NCBI GenBank assembly: GCA_964388035.1 | Contig: CAYLZE010000036.1 | Span: 1 to 44,174, forward strand | Length of the DNA stretch: 44,174 nt | Direction of reading: 5' to 3' | Origin: an uncultured archaeon | Lineage (GTDB): Archaea > Asgardarchaeota > Lokiarchaeia > Sigyniarchaeales > SOKP01 | Shown: in pieces, positions 18,445 through 28,251 of the stretch | Position numbering within the stretch: the stretch's first letter is position 1 | Layout of the letters: the number at the start of each line of letters is the position of its first letter | Notes under the pieces: model-generated | What the model saw: the letters and a program-made list of their open reading frames with translations, nothing else | Told to the model about the DNA's origin: nothing | Databases searched by the model: none | Program-made: the position numbers and the translations under genes

Positions 18445-19548
18445 TCAATTTTCGATTTGAGAGAAACTGCCCACAATTCGTAATTTATTTTCAAATTTAT
18501 TCATTTCTGTTATGATACCTTTTAATCCCGAGCCGTCATGATATAACATCCGATCTAGTTTCATGGTTAATTCTCCACTTTCTCCAGGTTTTAAAGGATT
18601 ACCCTCCATGAATTTAAACGGAGAAGATTTTAGTTCTACAATGGCATGATATTGAATATTATCATTGGGTGAAATAAATCCTTGTTTAGGTTTATAAAAA
18701 GGGTTGATCTTAACCATTGCTTCTATCTGTTTTTCTACTTTGAAAATTCCCGGAGTAGCAAGCAGGTTATCACGGCTAATTTCACTAACGGATAAATTTC
18801 CTTTTAATGCCAAACCGACTCGATCTCCCTCATTCGCTTCCTTGAAATCCCTATCATTTTTTTGGATGCTTCGTATTATCACCTTCTTTGAAGGGCCATC
18901 AAATCCTGTTAATTCTAACATCTGATTTGCTTTAATTGTTCCATTCATTATTATACCGAGGATTACAGTCCCAATTCCTTTAACAGGGAAGGCATGATCG
19001 ATTAGAACTTTAGTATATGGTTTATTCTCCTTTTCGGAGGGAGATTTAGTTGCTAATTCTACAATAAATTCCTTTATATCGTCGATATCTTCCTTTGTCT
19101 TAATTTTTAAAATGCTTGAATTGCTTAAACTCGTGGTATTGAGCACATTCTTTAATTTTTTCTCAAGATCACTTAATTTCCATTCATTTTTTTCGGTGAT
19201 CCCTGAAATTGCAATAAGGGATTTACTGTTCCTTTCTTGATGAAACATGTCCATTCCTACTAAAATTTCTCCAACTGACGCATTTAACCCTTTTTCCACA
19301 TCAATGACGAGCACGTGGATTTTAGTGAGAGTTAAAATTTGTAAAAACGGTTTTATTTTATCAGGATAGTCTACGGGAGTGATCGCGCAGAAAATCTGAC
19401 CCAAGCTTGCATCCAATCTATTAAAAAAAAGCATGTCCGATTTAGTTCCGGGAGCACCGAGTCCTTGTCCCATGAGATTGACTAATTCAAAATTATCACC
19501 GAAAATTCCGATAGTTAATGTAATCTCATTTAATGGCTCTTGTTCCAT
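18445..19548 (-). CDS. SelB/EF-Tu/aIF2gamma-like protein (MM1309-type) with a degenerate G domain
   Basis: Domain II motifs IDHAFPVKGIGTVILG, IRSIQ..D and GDRVGLALK; N-terminal LG..GT.SD and YP...K features; no P-loop. Confidence 0.8.
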   Translation of the reverse strand: MEQEPLNEITLTIGIFGDNFELVNLMGQGLGAPGTKSDMLFFNRLDASLGQIFCAITPVDYPDKIKPFLQILTLTKIHVLVIDVEKGLNASVGEILVGMDMFHQERNSKSLIAISGITEKNEWKLSDLEKKLKNVLNTTSLSNSSILKIKTKEDIDDIKEFIVELATKSPSEKENKPYTKVLIDHAFPVKGIGTVILGIIMNGTIKANQMLELTGFDGPSKKVIIRSIQKNDRDFKEANEGDRVGLALKGNLSVSEISRDNLLATPGIFKVEKQIEAMVKINPFYKPKQGFISPNDNIQYHAIVELKSSPFKFMEGNPLKPGESGELTMKLDRMLYHDGSGLKGIITEMNKFENKLRIVGSFSQIEN

Positions 19549-19951
19549 TAGGATAATAATTTAACAAAGAACTAAAGCTTAATGATATATATACTTCATT
19601 TTAAAGCCATGGTAAGATAGCTTTTGAAAATCACTTTACCAAATTATTTATATTAAGCAAGGGGCGATCGAATACCATTTAAAATATAAAATGGGTTTGC
19701 TTCTTAAAGAAAGAAAAAGTTTAGAGAAAATAAAAAACCAAGCAATGCTCAAGAGTTATTTACTTAACTCGCATTACAATTGAAATGCAAAAAAGAATGA
19801 TATGCTTTTACATTCTTTTTTTTAATTTCTTTTCTATTGAAATAACTTTTCATTTATTACTTATTCTTTTTGAATATACAGCAAATGCGCTTTAAAAGAA
19901 AATTGAGAAAGAGTTTGTTTATTGTAAAGAAATCAACATGTTGGAATCATG

Positions 19952-20815
19952 TCATGCCTTATTGATACTCCCAAATACTTCCATCCGATTTTTCACTACA
20001 TCTTTAAAAGTTTCTCGAGACCATTCAAAAATATCTTGATAGTAAACCTCGTTACCTTTTGCTTGTAGCTTTTCTTTAACTTTTAACGCTACGGCATGGG
20101 AAACATTCGAAAAATAATTAATCTTTGAAATCCACCCTTTTTCCACGCATTTCCTAAAATCCTGATCAGAAACTCCAGAACCACCATGTAAAACTAGGGG
20201 TACCTCCGTGATTTCATGGATCGCTTGGAGACGTTCGAAATCAATTTTCGGCTCCTTTAGGCAAACACCATGTGATGTCCCAATCGAAATGGCCAACGCA
20301 TCTACATTGGTTTCAGCGACAAATTTTTCGACTAGTAAGGGATCTGTATAAACCCTTTCCTCTATTTTATTTCCCATTCTATCAGGATTTCCTTCTTCCA
20401 TGGAAACATGGCCCAACTCAGCTTCAACCGAGATACCAAGGATATGAGCATACTCCACTATTTTTTTGGTATTTTCAGCATTTTTTTCAAAGGGAAGGGA
20501 AGAACCATCATACATGACAGCTGGTACTCCTAACTTCATGGCTTTTATGTTTGCACTATAACCACCATGATCTAGAATTACCGCAATGGGGGCACTCGAT
20601 TTTCTTGCTACTTTTAACATGATGGGAAAAATAATATCCATGGGTATAAATCTCTCATGACCCTCCCCGAAAGCCATGATCACGGGAGAGTTTGCTTCTT
20701 CTGCAGCTTGTATCACGGCATTGATACTTTGAAGGTCAAACACATTAAAACTACCAACCCCATAGTGCTCGGACTGAGCTTTTTTAAGCATTATTTTAAA
20801 AGACACTAATGTCAT
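19952..20815 (-). CDS. Class II fructose/tagatose-bisphosphate aldolase
   Basis: GSFNV, ILDHG, MYDGS, VEAELG, SIGTSHG and LVLHGGSG. Confidence 0.92.
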   Translation of the reverse strand: MTLVSFKIMLKKAQSEHYGVGSFNVFDLQSINAVIQAAEEANSPVIMAFGEGHERFIPMDIIFPIMLKVARKSSAPIAVILDHGGYSANIKAMKLGVPAVMYDGSSLPFEKNAENTKKIVEYAHILGISVEAELGHVSMEEGNPDRMGNKIEERVYTDPLLVEKFVAETNVDALAISIGTSHGVCLKEPKIDFERLQAIHEITEVPLVLHGGSGVSDQDFRKCVEKGWISKINYFSNVSHAVALKVKEKLQAKGNEVYYQDIFEWSRETFKDVVKNRMEVFGSINKA

Positions 20816-21066
20816 GATTATACATCTTTATTTATTATTGTAAGAAATTCTTAAAAATATTTGAAATTTATTAAACAATCCTTTTCTCTTAGTGGATTCA
20901 AGAATTCTATAAGATAATGATATATTTGCTATATTACACATACTTTTTAAAAACAAAATAAATGCCATAATAATTAATGATATATCAGAAAAGCATAAAA
21001 ATTAAAAAGAGTTAATTTAGTATTAAAACATCCCTTGCTCTCTGTTGTATTGAAAGAAATCAGAAA

Positions 21067-21519
21067 CTATGTTTTTAAATTTAATATTTCTTTACTTTTT
21101 CTCTCAAGTATTTTGATTTGCATTACAATCTGCCCCCAACCCCCACATTTTATCCCGACATCAAAACAGCTTGTTCGATTAAATCTCATTTGGTTTGGAT
21201 CGATTCCTGCATATAACAATTCATTAACAGCAAAAATCAATTTATCTAATTCTGATAATGCATAGATGCAAATTTTCTTTGGAGAGAGTTTTGTTAATAA
21301 ATTCCCTGCCCCATCAAAATAAAATTTATCGCCAACTTCATGTTGGCTATTACATCCATGAGATTCAATTACTTCCACGACAATGGTTTTTCCCAATAAT
21401 TCCAAGGATTTTGCCAAAATATCCTTATTCCTAGGATTATTAATGAATGTATCTAATTCCCCTTCAGAATAATTCATTCTTTGTCGTAATTCGCTTTTTT
21501 TTTTCTTGCTTAATTCCAT
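21067..21519 (-). CDS. Conserved Cys-rich protein (TIGR04076-like, possible Fe-S/metal binding)
   Basis: GCNSQHEVGDKFYFD...ICIYAL...CFDVG..CGGWG; SD GGAGG; 13 nt downstream of the Fe-S gene. Confidence 0.6.
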   Translation of the reverse strand: MELSKKKKSELRQRMNYSEGELDTFINNPRNKDILAKSLELLGKTIVVEVIESHGCNSQHEVGDKFYFDGAGNLLTKLSPKKICIYALSELDKLIFAVNELLYAGIDPNQMRFNRTSCFDVGIKCGGWGQIVMQIKILERKSKEILNLKT

Positions 21520-21532
21520 TTCAACTCCCTCC

Positions 21533-22618
21533 TCAAGTGGATTCTTTTCTAATTTGATTCTTTTTGTCTATGATCTTTATGTATGTTTCTATTGTATTTT
21601 TTGGCGGAACAGTCACTTTTTCTTTTTTGATCAGCTTAATTGCATCATTTGAACAATTTATAACGCATATTCCACATCCTATACATTTTCCTAAATTTAC
21701 TTCACTAGATTCTTCCCCAATTTCAATTGCATCCAATGGGCAAGCATCTTTACAATTACCACAAGCAATGCAAGATTCATTATCAATTTCTGCATAATAG
21801 TTTGTTGCAAAGAATCGAGCGGGATCTTTGAATCGTTTCTGATTGGATATTACTTCACAACAACAACTACAGCAGTTACAGACTACAAAGGGTTTCTGTG
21901 AATTTGAGGGAGAAGGAATTAATCCTACCTCTTCAAATTTTGTGGCTAATTCATAGGCTTCTTCTTTCCTTATGACTCTTGCAAGCCCCCTTTGAAGAAA
22001 AAATCTTGCTCCGGAATCAAAGGTCATGCAAGTTTCTCTTAAATTGGTCTTCTTGCAAGGATCATTAACTAAATCATGAGCTTTTCGACAAATACAGTCC
22101 ATAATTCCGATAATAGATGCATTTTCGATGAAAGTACGCAATTGATCATAAGATGCTATTGACATCTCAGGAGATACTGCTTTATTTACCGGTATCGTTC
22201 TGAGCTGAGGAATTCCCGTAAGATTAAATTCTTCAAAATATCCTTCTTTGAAGTATTGAAGAATATTAGAAACAAGGTTTGGTGTTAACCGTCCTAATTG
22301 ATATTCATACATCCCTACCACGAACATCGCATTAGAATATGTTTTTTCACCCTTACCCTCCCCCATCATAATAATACCCTTTTCCCACATTTTGTTTAAA
22401 ATACTTTCAAGATTTTCCAGGCCAATTCCCTCATTTTTTAACTTTCGATGTATTTGCTTTATTTTCTGTGGAAAAAAAGAGAGTTTCATTGCGATGTTTG
22501 CTTCTTCTGGAGTGAATAGCTCCTTAATAATTTTAAGCTCCACCTTTGATTGAGTTGGGGGAAAACCTACTGGGAGATTATTCAAATGGGCTCTTAATTC
22601 TTCATAAATCTCAGTAAT
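21533..22618 (-). CDS. 4Fe-4S dicluster protein with N-terminal winged-helix-like region; probable ATT start
   Basis: CICR, C...C, VCNCCSCCC, CIACGNCKDACP and CIGCGICVINC; in-frame TEIYEELRAHL precedes the 22585 TTG. Confidence 0.85.
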   Translation of the reverse strand: MTEIYEELRAHLNNLPVGFPPTQSKVELKIIKELFTPEEANIAMKLSFFPQKIKQIHRKLKNEGIGLENLESILNKMWEKGIIMMGEGKGEKTYSNAMFVVGMYEYQLGRLTPNLVSNILQYFKEGYFEEFNLTGIPQLRTIPVNKAVSPEMSIASYDQLRTFIENASIIGIMDCICRKAHDLVNDPCKKTNLRETCMTFDSGARFFLQRGLARVIRKEEAYELATKFEEVGLIPSPSNSQKPFVVCNCCSCCCEVISNQKRFKDPARFFATNYYAEIDNESCIACGNCKDACPLDAIEIGEESSEVNLGKCIGCGICVINCSNDAIKLIKKEKVTVPPKNTIETYIKIIDKKNQIRKEST

Positions 22619-23029
22619 TTTAATCTCTCCTTTATTATATTTTTATAATGGAAAAATAGATAAGGTCTTTATAAACTATAATCGATCATTTACAACTAAA
22701 ATTAGGTTGTATTGAGAATTTTTCCTTATCATAAATCGTAAAATACTGTGTTCCTTAATCTCTTACCTTAATCTTAATACTTAAAACCCTGGAGTAAGGG
22801 ATCTCAAACAAGAAGTTAACAAAAATCATTACGGAAATTTCTTTTTACTTAGTCTTTAAATTGCGGATTATTAAATTTAAGGGAGTGAGTTAATTTAAAT
22901 TACTTCTAAAAAAAAAATATATAAAAATAAGACCCCAAGCTTAAATAAAAAATATAATGTTTTTACTTTAAAAAGCAATTCAAGCACTCATATTTAGAAT
23001 TAACAATTGAAAAGGAATTAGTATATATC

Positions 23030-23701
23030 ATGAAACCAAAATCATTTCTCTTGGGTTTTATTTTATTGAGCTTAATTGCCTTCAGCATGCTATCTTTCGT
23101 CTTAATGGCACGTGGAGCGACCTACTCTTTAGGAGTTTCAGTAGGAGACGAAATGAAATATAAAATATCTAAAAATGATAATGGGGAAGTTGTTGGCGCA
23201 GTTGGAGATATCATAACTTTCTCTATCGTAGATATAAAAGAAACGGCTCCTGGAAAAATAGATAATGGGTGGTTGATTAAATACCATCCCGGGAGCGTGG
23301 ATGTAACCCTAGAAATGCCAATCTTGTATCAATATCCCATGGAATATCCGAAAAACGGCATACTTTTATTTATCTGTCCAAAATCGGTAGGAGTTTATTT
23401 GATTGATATGGCAAGAAATTGGTACCCCATTAAGACAAGTGCCGCAAATGCTGATAGATATCTTTGGACTCTCAATGCCGAGGGATTAACTAATTATCCC
23501 ACATCTAATTCTTGGTCGATAACATATGATGATAAAACGGGTTGGGCAGTAAGTTATCAAGCTTATTTGAATGGAGCGTTAGTAACGGAACTCAATCAAG
23601 CTCAGACTTCGTCAGTACCTGGCTATAATCTTCCCATATTACTTGGCGTGACTGCCATATTTACTATGGGTCTGGCAATTATTAAGAAAATGTGGAAATA
23701 A
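23030..23701 (+). CDS. Secreted/surface protein with C-terminal Loki-CTERM-like (PGY) sorting signal
   Basis: N-terminal signal peptide (MKPK plus hydrophobic stretch), YSLGVSVGD start of the mature region, C-terminal VPGY-TM helix-KKMWK. Confidence 0.75.
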   Translation: MKPKSFLLGFILLSLIAFSMLSFVLMARGATYSLGVSVGDEMKYKISKNDNGEVVGAVGDIITFSIVDIKETAPGKIDNGWLIKYHPGSVDVTLEMPILYQYPMEYPKNGILLFICPKSVGVYLIDMARNWYPIKTSAANADRYLWTLNAEGLTNYPTSNSWSITYDDKTGWAVSYQAYLNGALVTELNQAQTSSVPGYNLPILLGVTAIFTMGLAIIKKMWK

Positions 23702-23847
23702 ACTCTCTTTTAATAACTATCTTTTTTATTTTTCTTTTAAAGAGAAATATTTGAAAGAAGATATAATAAAACCAAAAATAGATTTTTTATTATAAAAATT
23801 CCTTTATATCACAAGTTTTAAACCGAGTTTTCGATAGTAGATGAATA

Positions 23848-24753
23848 ATGTCTGAAGATTTAATTGAAGATTTAAAGGAATTTCTAAACGATGCAAATCT
23901 TTCGACTTATGAAATTAACACATTTATCATGCTACTTACTGCTTCAAAATCAAATCCGCCAACTGCTCGTGAAATTTCCCAAGAATCAGGGGTTCCAAGC
24001 GGTAGAATTTATGAAGTTTTAGGTGATTTAGAATCAAAAGGATTAGTTGAAATCATCGAAGCTCGTCCGAAGAAATTTAAAGCACTCTCTCTTAATAAGG
24101 CTCTTGACAATCTGATTAGTTTTCATTCAAACGAAAATAAGCGAAGAGTTGACTATTTATACGACAGGGCAAAAATATTAGAATCAATCTTATATAACTC
24201 GGATTTTTCTCTTGGAAAGGAAGCATCCAAGATTTTCTGGTCGACATCCTACGGGACAAAATCAATTCTTGCACTGTATGCTAAATATATCTCTTCTGCC
24301 AAGAATGAAATTATTTTTAATGAATTCTTTAATGAAACGACTTTAAAAATTATTCCGCACGGGCATCTCGTTTATAATTCCCTTAAAGAAGCAGTGGATA
24401 GAGGAGTTGAGGTAAAGGATTTATGGAGTTTTGAATTTGATGCAAGACCTTTAACAGAAGAGCTCAAACAGAAATGTCATCAATCTTTTGAACAACTTCA
24501 AAATCTTTTAGCCACTTTATACGGTTTCACACCAAAACTTCCAAATTTCAGAATAAAATATATATATCATCGAATGCCATCTAATTTCGATATATTTGAT
24601 AAAAAACGAATTATTTTCAAATTAAAAAATCCTTTAAAACCATATCAAATATTTTCGGTTATGAATGTGGTAGATCTGGGTTTAGCTGAAGATCTACGCG
24701 GCAAATTTTTGAGCATGTGGAATTTTGAATCTATAGAATTAACGTTTTATTAA
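23848..24753 (+). CDS. TrmB family transcriptional regulator
   Basis: LSTYE...TAREISQESGVPSGRIYEVL..L..KGLVE...RPKKF HTH; C-terminal PLD-like effector domain (AVDRGVEVK, FDIFDKK). Confidence 0.92.
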   Translation: MSEDLIEDLKEFLNDANLSTYEINTFIMLLTASKSNPPTAREISQESGVPSGRIYEVLGDLESKGLVEIIEARPKKFKALSLNKALDNLISFHSNENKRRVDYLYDRAKILESILYNSDFSLGKEASKIFWSTSYGTKSILALYAKYISSAKNEIIFNEFFNETTLKIIPHGHLVYNSLKEAVDRGVEVKDLWSFEFDARPLTEELKQKCHQSFEQLQNLLATLYGFTPKLPNFRIKYIYHRMPSNFDIFDKKRIIFKLKNPLKPYQIFSVMNVVDLGLAEDLRGKFLSMWNFESIELTFY

Positions 24754-24949
24754 AAATAACTCATAATATGAAAAAATAAGTGAAATAGAAATTGGCATTA
24801 ATGCTAGAATTAGTAAAGATATTAAAGACTTGAGCTTCTTTATTCGGTAACTTCGATATTTAGATAAAAAGGACTTAACTTACTTAATTACCAATAAATT
24901 CTTATTATAACATGATTAATAATAATAAAACGCAATAAGCATTCAAATC

Positions 24950-25915
24950 ATGACCAAAATATTAAACTTGGATCAAATAAAGCAAGTTGTAAAAAACATT
25001 GACGTCATCCGGGAAATGGAAAAGGGATTTATCTTGTATTCACAGGGGAAAGTCGTGGTACCTCCCGTAGGAGAGATGCTCTTTGAGGATCCGCCTGGTG
25101 ATTGTCATATTAAATACGGTTTTATCCGAAATAATGATTATTACGTCATAAAAATCGCTTCCGGTTTTTATAACAATCCAAATCTGGGCTTACCAGCAAG
25201 TAATGGCTTAATGCTACTATTTAGTCAGAAAACCGGAGAAGTTATAGCCATCTTATTAGATGAGGGGTGCCTGACCGATATTAGAACGGCTGCGGCAGGA
25301 GCAGTCGTAGCAAAATACATGGCTCCCAAAAAGGTAAAGTCTATTGGTATAATTGGTCCGGGCATTCAAGGCAGGTTACAACTTCAGTATTTATTGGATG
25401 TAACTTCATGCCGTGATGTCATGGTGTGTGGTCGTGATATGAAACGATTAGAAATGTACAAACGGGAAATGGAAGCTTTTGGATTCAAGATCACCCCTAC
25501 TCTAAACGTTTCAGAGGTCATGAATAAATGCAATCTAATAATAACTTGCACGCCGTCAAAAATACCCCTTATAAAAGCAGATCAAGTCAAGAAAGGGACT
25601 CATATCACTGCAATGGGCTCAGACACGGCAGAGAAGCAAGAATTAGATTCTGCCATTCTTAAAAAAGCCGATAAAGTGATTGTAGACAGCATTGAACAAG
25701 CGCAATCTAGGGGAGAGTGTTATCATGCTCTTGAACGAGGATTGATTAAAAAGAAAAATTTGATCGAACTCGGTCATATGTTAATGAATGAAAAATATCA
25801 AAGAAAAACAGAAGACGAAATCACCGTAGCTGATTTAACGGGTGTGGCTATTCAAGATATTCAAATTAGTAAGGCTATATATGAAGGCTTTCTAGCTTCC
25901 CTTGAGAGATTATAA
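24950..25915 (+). CDS. Ornithine cyclodeaminase/mu-crystallin family protein (EutC-like)
   Basis: IKIASGFYNNP..GLP, LTDIRTAAAG, GIIGPG.QG, HITAMGSD and DLTGVAIQD. Confidence 0.9.
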   Translation: MTKILNLDQIKQVVKNIDVIREMEKGFILYSQGKVVVPPVGEMLFEDPPGDCHIKYGFIRNNDYYVIKIASGFYNNPNLGLPASNGLMLLFSQKTGEVIAILLDEGCLTDIRTAAAGAVVAKYMAPKKVKSIGIIGPGIQGRLQLQYLLDVTSCRDVMVCGRDMKRLEMYKREMEAFGFKITPTLNVSEVMNKCNLIITCTPSKIPLIKADQVKKGTHITAMGSDTAEKQELDSAILKKADKVIVDSIEQAQSRGECYHALERGLIKKKNLIELGHMLMNEKYQRKTEDEITVADLTGVAIQDIQISKAIYEGFLASLERL

Positions 25916-26024
25916 AGTATAGCATGGCGAATTTTCCAATTTGAAGTTTAATTTTTTAAGTTCTGCTTATTAAAATTGAAAATGCCTCAGTTATTTATTT
26001 TCCATAGTTTTATTATGATCTAAT

Positions 26025-26795
26025 ATGGGTGTCTTAGAACAATTTAGATTAGATGGAAAAACTGCGTTAGTAACGGGAGTAAAGAGAGGAATAGGAAAAA
26101 GCTACGCGTTAGCATTAGCAGAAGCTGGTGCTGATATTATAGGCGTTTCTCGTACTTTAGAATTATCCAATAGTGAAATTGAAAAAGAAATTATTGAATT
26201 AGGAAGAAATTTCACGGCTTATCAATGTGATTTTTCCAATAGAGAGCACTTATACAAATTTATTGAACAAGTCAAATCTAATTTTAAAAAAATTGATATA
26301 TTGGTTAACAATGCGGGTACCATTTATCGAGCATCTGCGATTGAACAATCTGATGAAAAATGGGACCAAATAATTGAAGTAAATTTAAATGCACAATTTG
26401 TTTTAGCTCGTGAATTTGGTAAAGAAATGGTGAAAAGAGGTAAGGGAAAAATAATATTTACGGCTTCTTTATTAACATTTCAAGGTGGAATCGCGGTGCC
26501 GAGCTATAGTGCAAGCAAGGGAGCTATAGGACAGTTAACCATGGCATTATCGAATGAATGGGCATCACATGGCGTGAATGTTAACGCAATTGCTCCTGGA
26601 TACATAGAAACGGATCTAACTGAGGAATTAAGAGAAAATAAGGAAAGAAATAAGGCAATACTAGACCGGATTCCCGCTGGTAGATGGGGTAAACCCCAAG
26701 ATTTTAAGGGGATTATAGTTTTTCTCGCTTCTGATGTGTCTAACTATGTTAATGGTGCAATTATCCCTGTGGATGGTGGATGGTTAGGAAGATAA
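26025..26795 (+). CDS. kduD: SDR, 2-dehydro-3-deoxy-D-gluconate 5-dehydrogenase-like
   Basis: TG..RGIG, NNAG, ASLLTFQGGI.VPSYSASK, NEWA and RIPAGRWG, all characteristic of KduD. Confidence 0.8.
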   Translation: MGVLEQFRLDGKTALVTGVKRGIGKSYALALAEAGADIIGVSRTLELSNSEIEKEIIELGRNFTAYQCDFSNREHLYKFIEQVKSNFKKIDILVNNAGTIYRASAIEQSDEKWDQIIEVNLNAQFVLAREFGKEMVKRGKGKIIFTASLLTFQGGIAVPSYSASKGAIGQLTMALSNEWASHGVNVNAIAPGYIETDLTEELRENKERNKAILDRIPAGRWGKPQDFKGIIVFLASDVSNYVNGAIIPVDGGWLGR

Positions 26796-26852
26796 ATTAA
26801 AGCCTTGAGAAATCTCTCTTGAAATCCAATTTTTAGAACATGCTTCAAATGT

Positions 26853-27848
26853 TTATTTTTCTTGTTCCTTAATGATTTTAAGTAAATCTGAATAATCCAA
26901 ATTTCCTCCCGTAATCACCACACCCACTTCTTTTCCCTTAAATAGTTCAGAATATCGTGATAACGCCGCTAAACCTACTGCTGCAGCTCCTTCACATTCT
27001 TGATGATGATATTTCAAGAAAGTTATGATTGCCTCTTTAATTTCCTTTTCAGAAACCAAGAGAATATCTTTACAGTATTTCATGATATAGGGAAAAGTGA
27101 TAGAACCTTTTTCAATACCCCCATATAATCCCTCGGCAATTGATTCTTCCATTGGCACATCCACTATTTTTCCTTGCTTAAAAGATTCATACATGGGCTT
27201 ACTTGCTTCTGATTGTACCCCATGGACTTCGATTTTTGGATTTATCTTTTTCACGGCAAAAGCAACTCCCGAAAGGATTCCACCGCCCCCTACGGGTACA
27301 AGAATGATTTCCAGTTCGGGATTCTGATTTAACATCTCAATTCCAACCGTGCCTTGCCCTGCCATCACGACGAGATCATTATATGGAGAGATGAATTTTT
27401 TATTTTCTTCTCTTTCAATCTCTCGCGCACGTAGCTCACTATCATCATAGACCTCACCTTCAATACGTAGATCGGTATTATAAGATTTAATCGCTTCTAT
27501 CTTTGTTTTGGGGGTTATTTTTGGAATTACGACAGTTGCAGGAATGTTCAATAAACGAGAAGCAAAACCGATTCCTTGAGCGTGATTACCCGAAGAAGCT
27601 ACTACTACGCCTTTTTTCCTTTCATCTTCAGTAAGCGAGAGCATGCTATTTAATGCTCCACGAATTTTATATGATCCTGTAAGCTGTAAATTTTCCAATT
27701 TTAAATATACATTCGCTCCTATCGCTTCACTATAATACCTGCTATATTCAAGGGGTGTTTCTCGAATAAAGGGACTTATCCGTTTCACAGCTTTTATTAC
27801 ATCCGTATATTGAAATTTCTCATCTTTTATTCCTATATTCATGAACAT
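26853..27848 (-). CDS. PLP-dependent threonine/serine dehydratase (no ACT domain)
   Basis: KLENLQ.TGSYKIRGA, ASSGNH, GQGT, PVGGGG and TGGN. Confidence 0.9.
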   Translation of the reverse strand: MFMNIGIKDEKFQYTDVIKAVKRISPFIRETPLEYSRYYSEAIGANVYLKLENLQLTGSYKIRGALNSMLSLTEDERKKGVVVASSGNHAQGIGFASRLLNIPATVVIPKITPKTKIEAIKSYNTDLRIEGEVYDDSELRAREIEREENKKFISPYNDLVVMAGQGTVGIEMLNQNPELEIILVPVGGGGILSGVAFAVKKINPKIEVHGVQSEASKPMYESFKQGKIVDVPMEESIAEGLYGGIEKGSITFPYIMKYCKDILLVSEKEIKEAIITFLKYHHQECEGAAAVGLAALSRYSELFKGKEVGVVITGGNLDYSDLLKIIKEQEK

Positions 27849-28251
27849 GTTCTCGAGTTTTTAATATGAAGAGTCGAAAGAAAAATAAATAAATTTGGGT
27901 ATCGTTAGAAATCATAAAAAAAGATTTAAAAATGTATCATTAACATGGCAAAAATTCAAAAATGTGAGAAATAAGGATTGGTTGCATTGAAAAACGGAAA
28001 TAATTTCAAATTATTCATATTAATTTAGAAAATAGAATCAAGAAAGGGATCAATAGGGAGAGAAATATAATTTATTCTCGTTTGATAGGTTTTAAATAGT
28101 ACATTTTCTATTATTGTATTAAATATGATTAACAATACTATCAGAGATTTTTTTAAAACTTCTTTTCTATTTAAGAGTCAATTATTGCTTCATAACATGA
28201 TGTGTTTTCAAAATTATCCAAATTAAACATGCGTATTTACTCGAGAATTAA

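Noticed and set aside
18445-19548. Calling this gene selB and inferring a selenocysteine locus
   Set aside because: No P-loop, no SelB C-terminal domain, and no tRNA-Sec or sel genes; the nearby thioredoxin has ordinary Cys codons.
19655-19790. Small hairpins (AAGCAA/TTGCTT, CCATTT/AAATGG, GAGTTA/TAACTC) as a SECIS or ncRNA, and a 30-codon ORF at 19691
   Set aside because: Arms of 5-6 bp are expected by chance in AT-rich DNA; there is no SECIS core and the ORF has no SD or recognisable motif.
24848-24870. Intergenic similarity to the TrmB segment at 24582-24605
   Set aside because: Only about 23 AT-rich nt with an indel and mismatches; consistent with chance.
28193-28203. 11-mer TAACATGATGT shared in inverted form with 18209-18219 as a common operator
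   Set aside because: An 11-nt match is not significant in 44 kb of AT-rich sequence.
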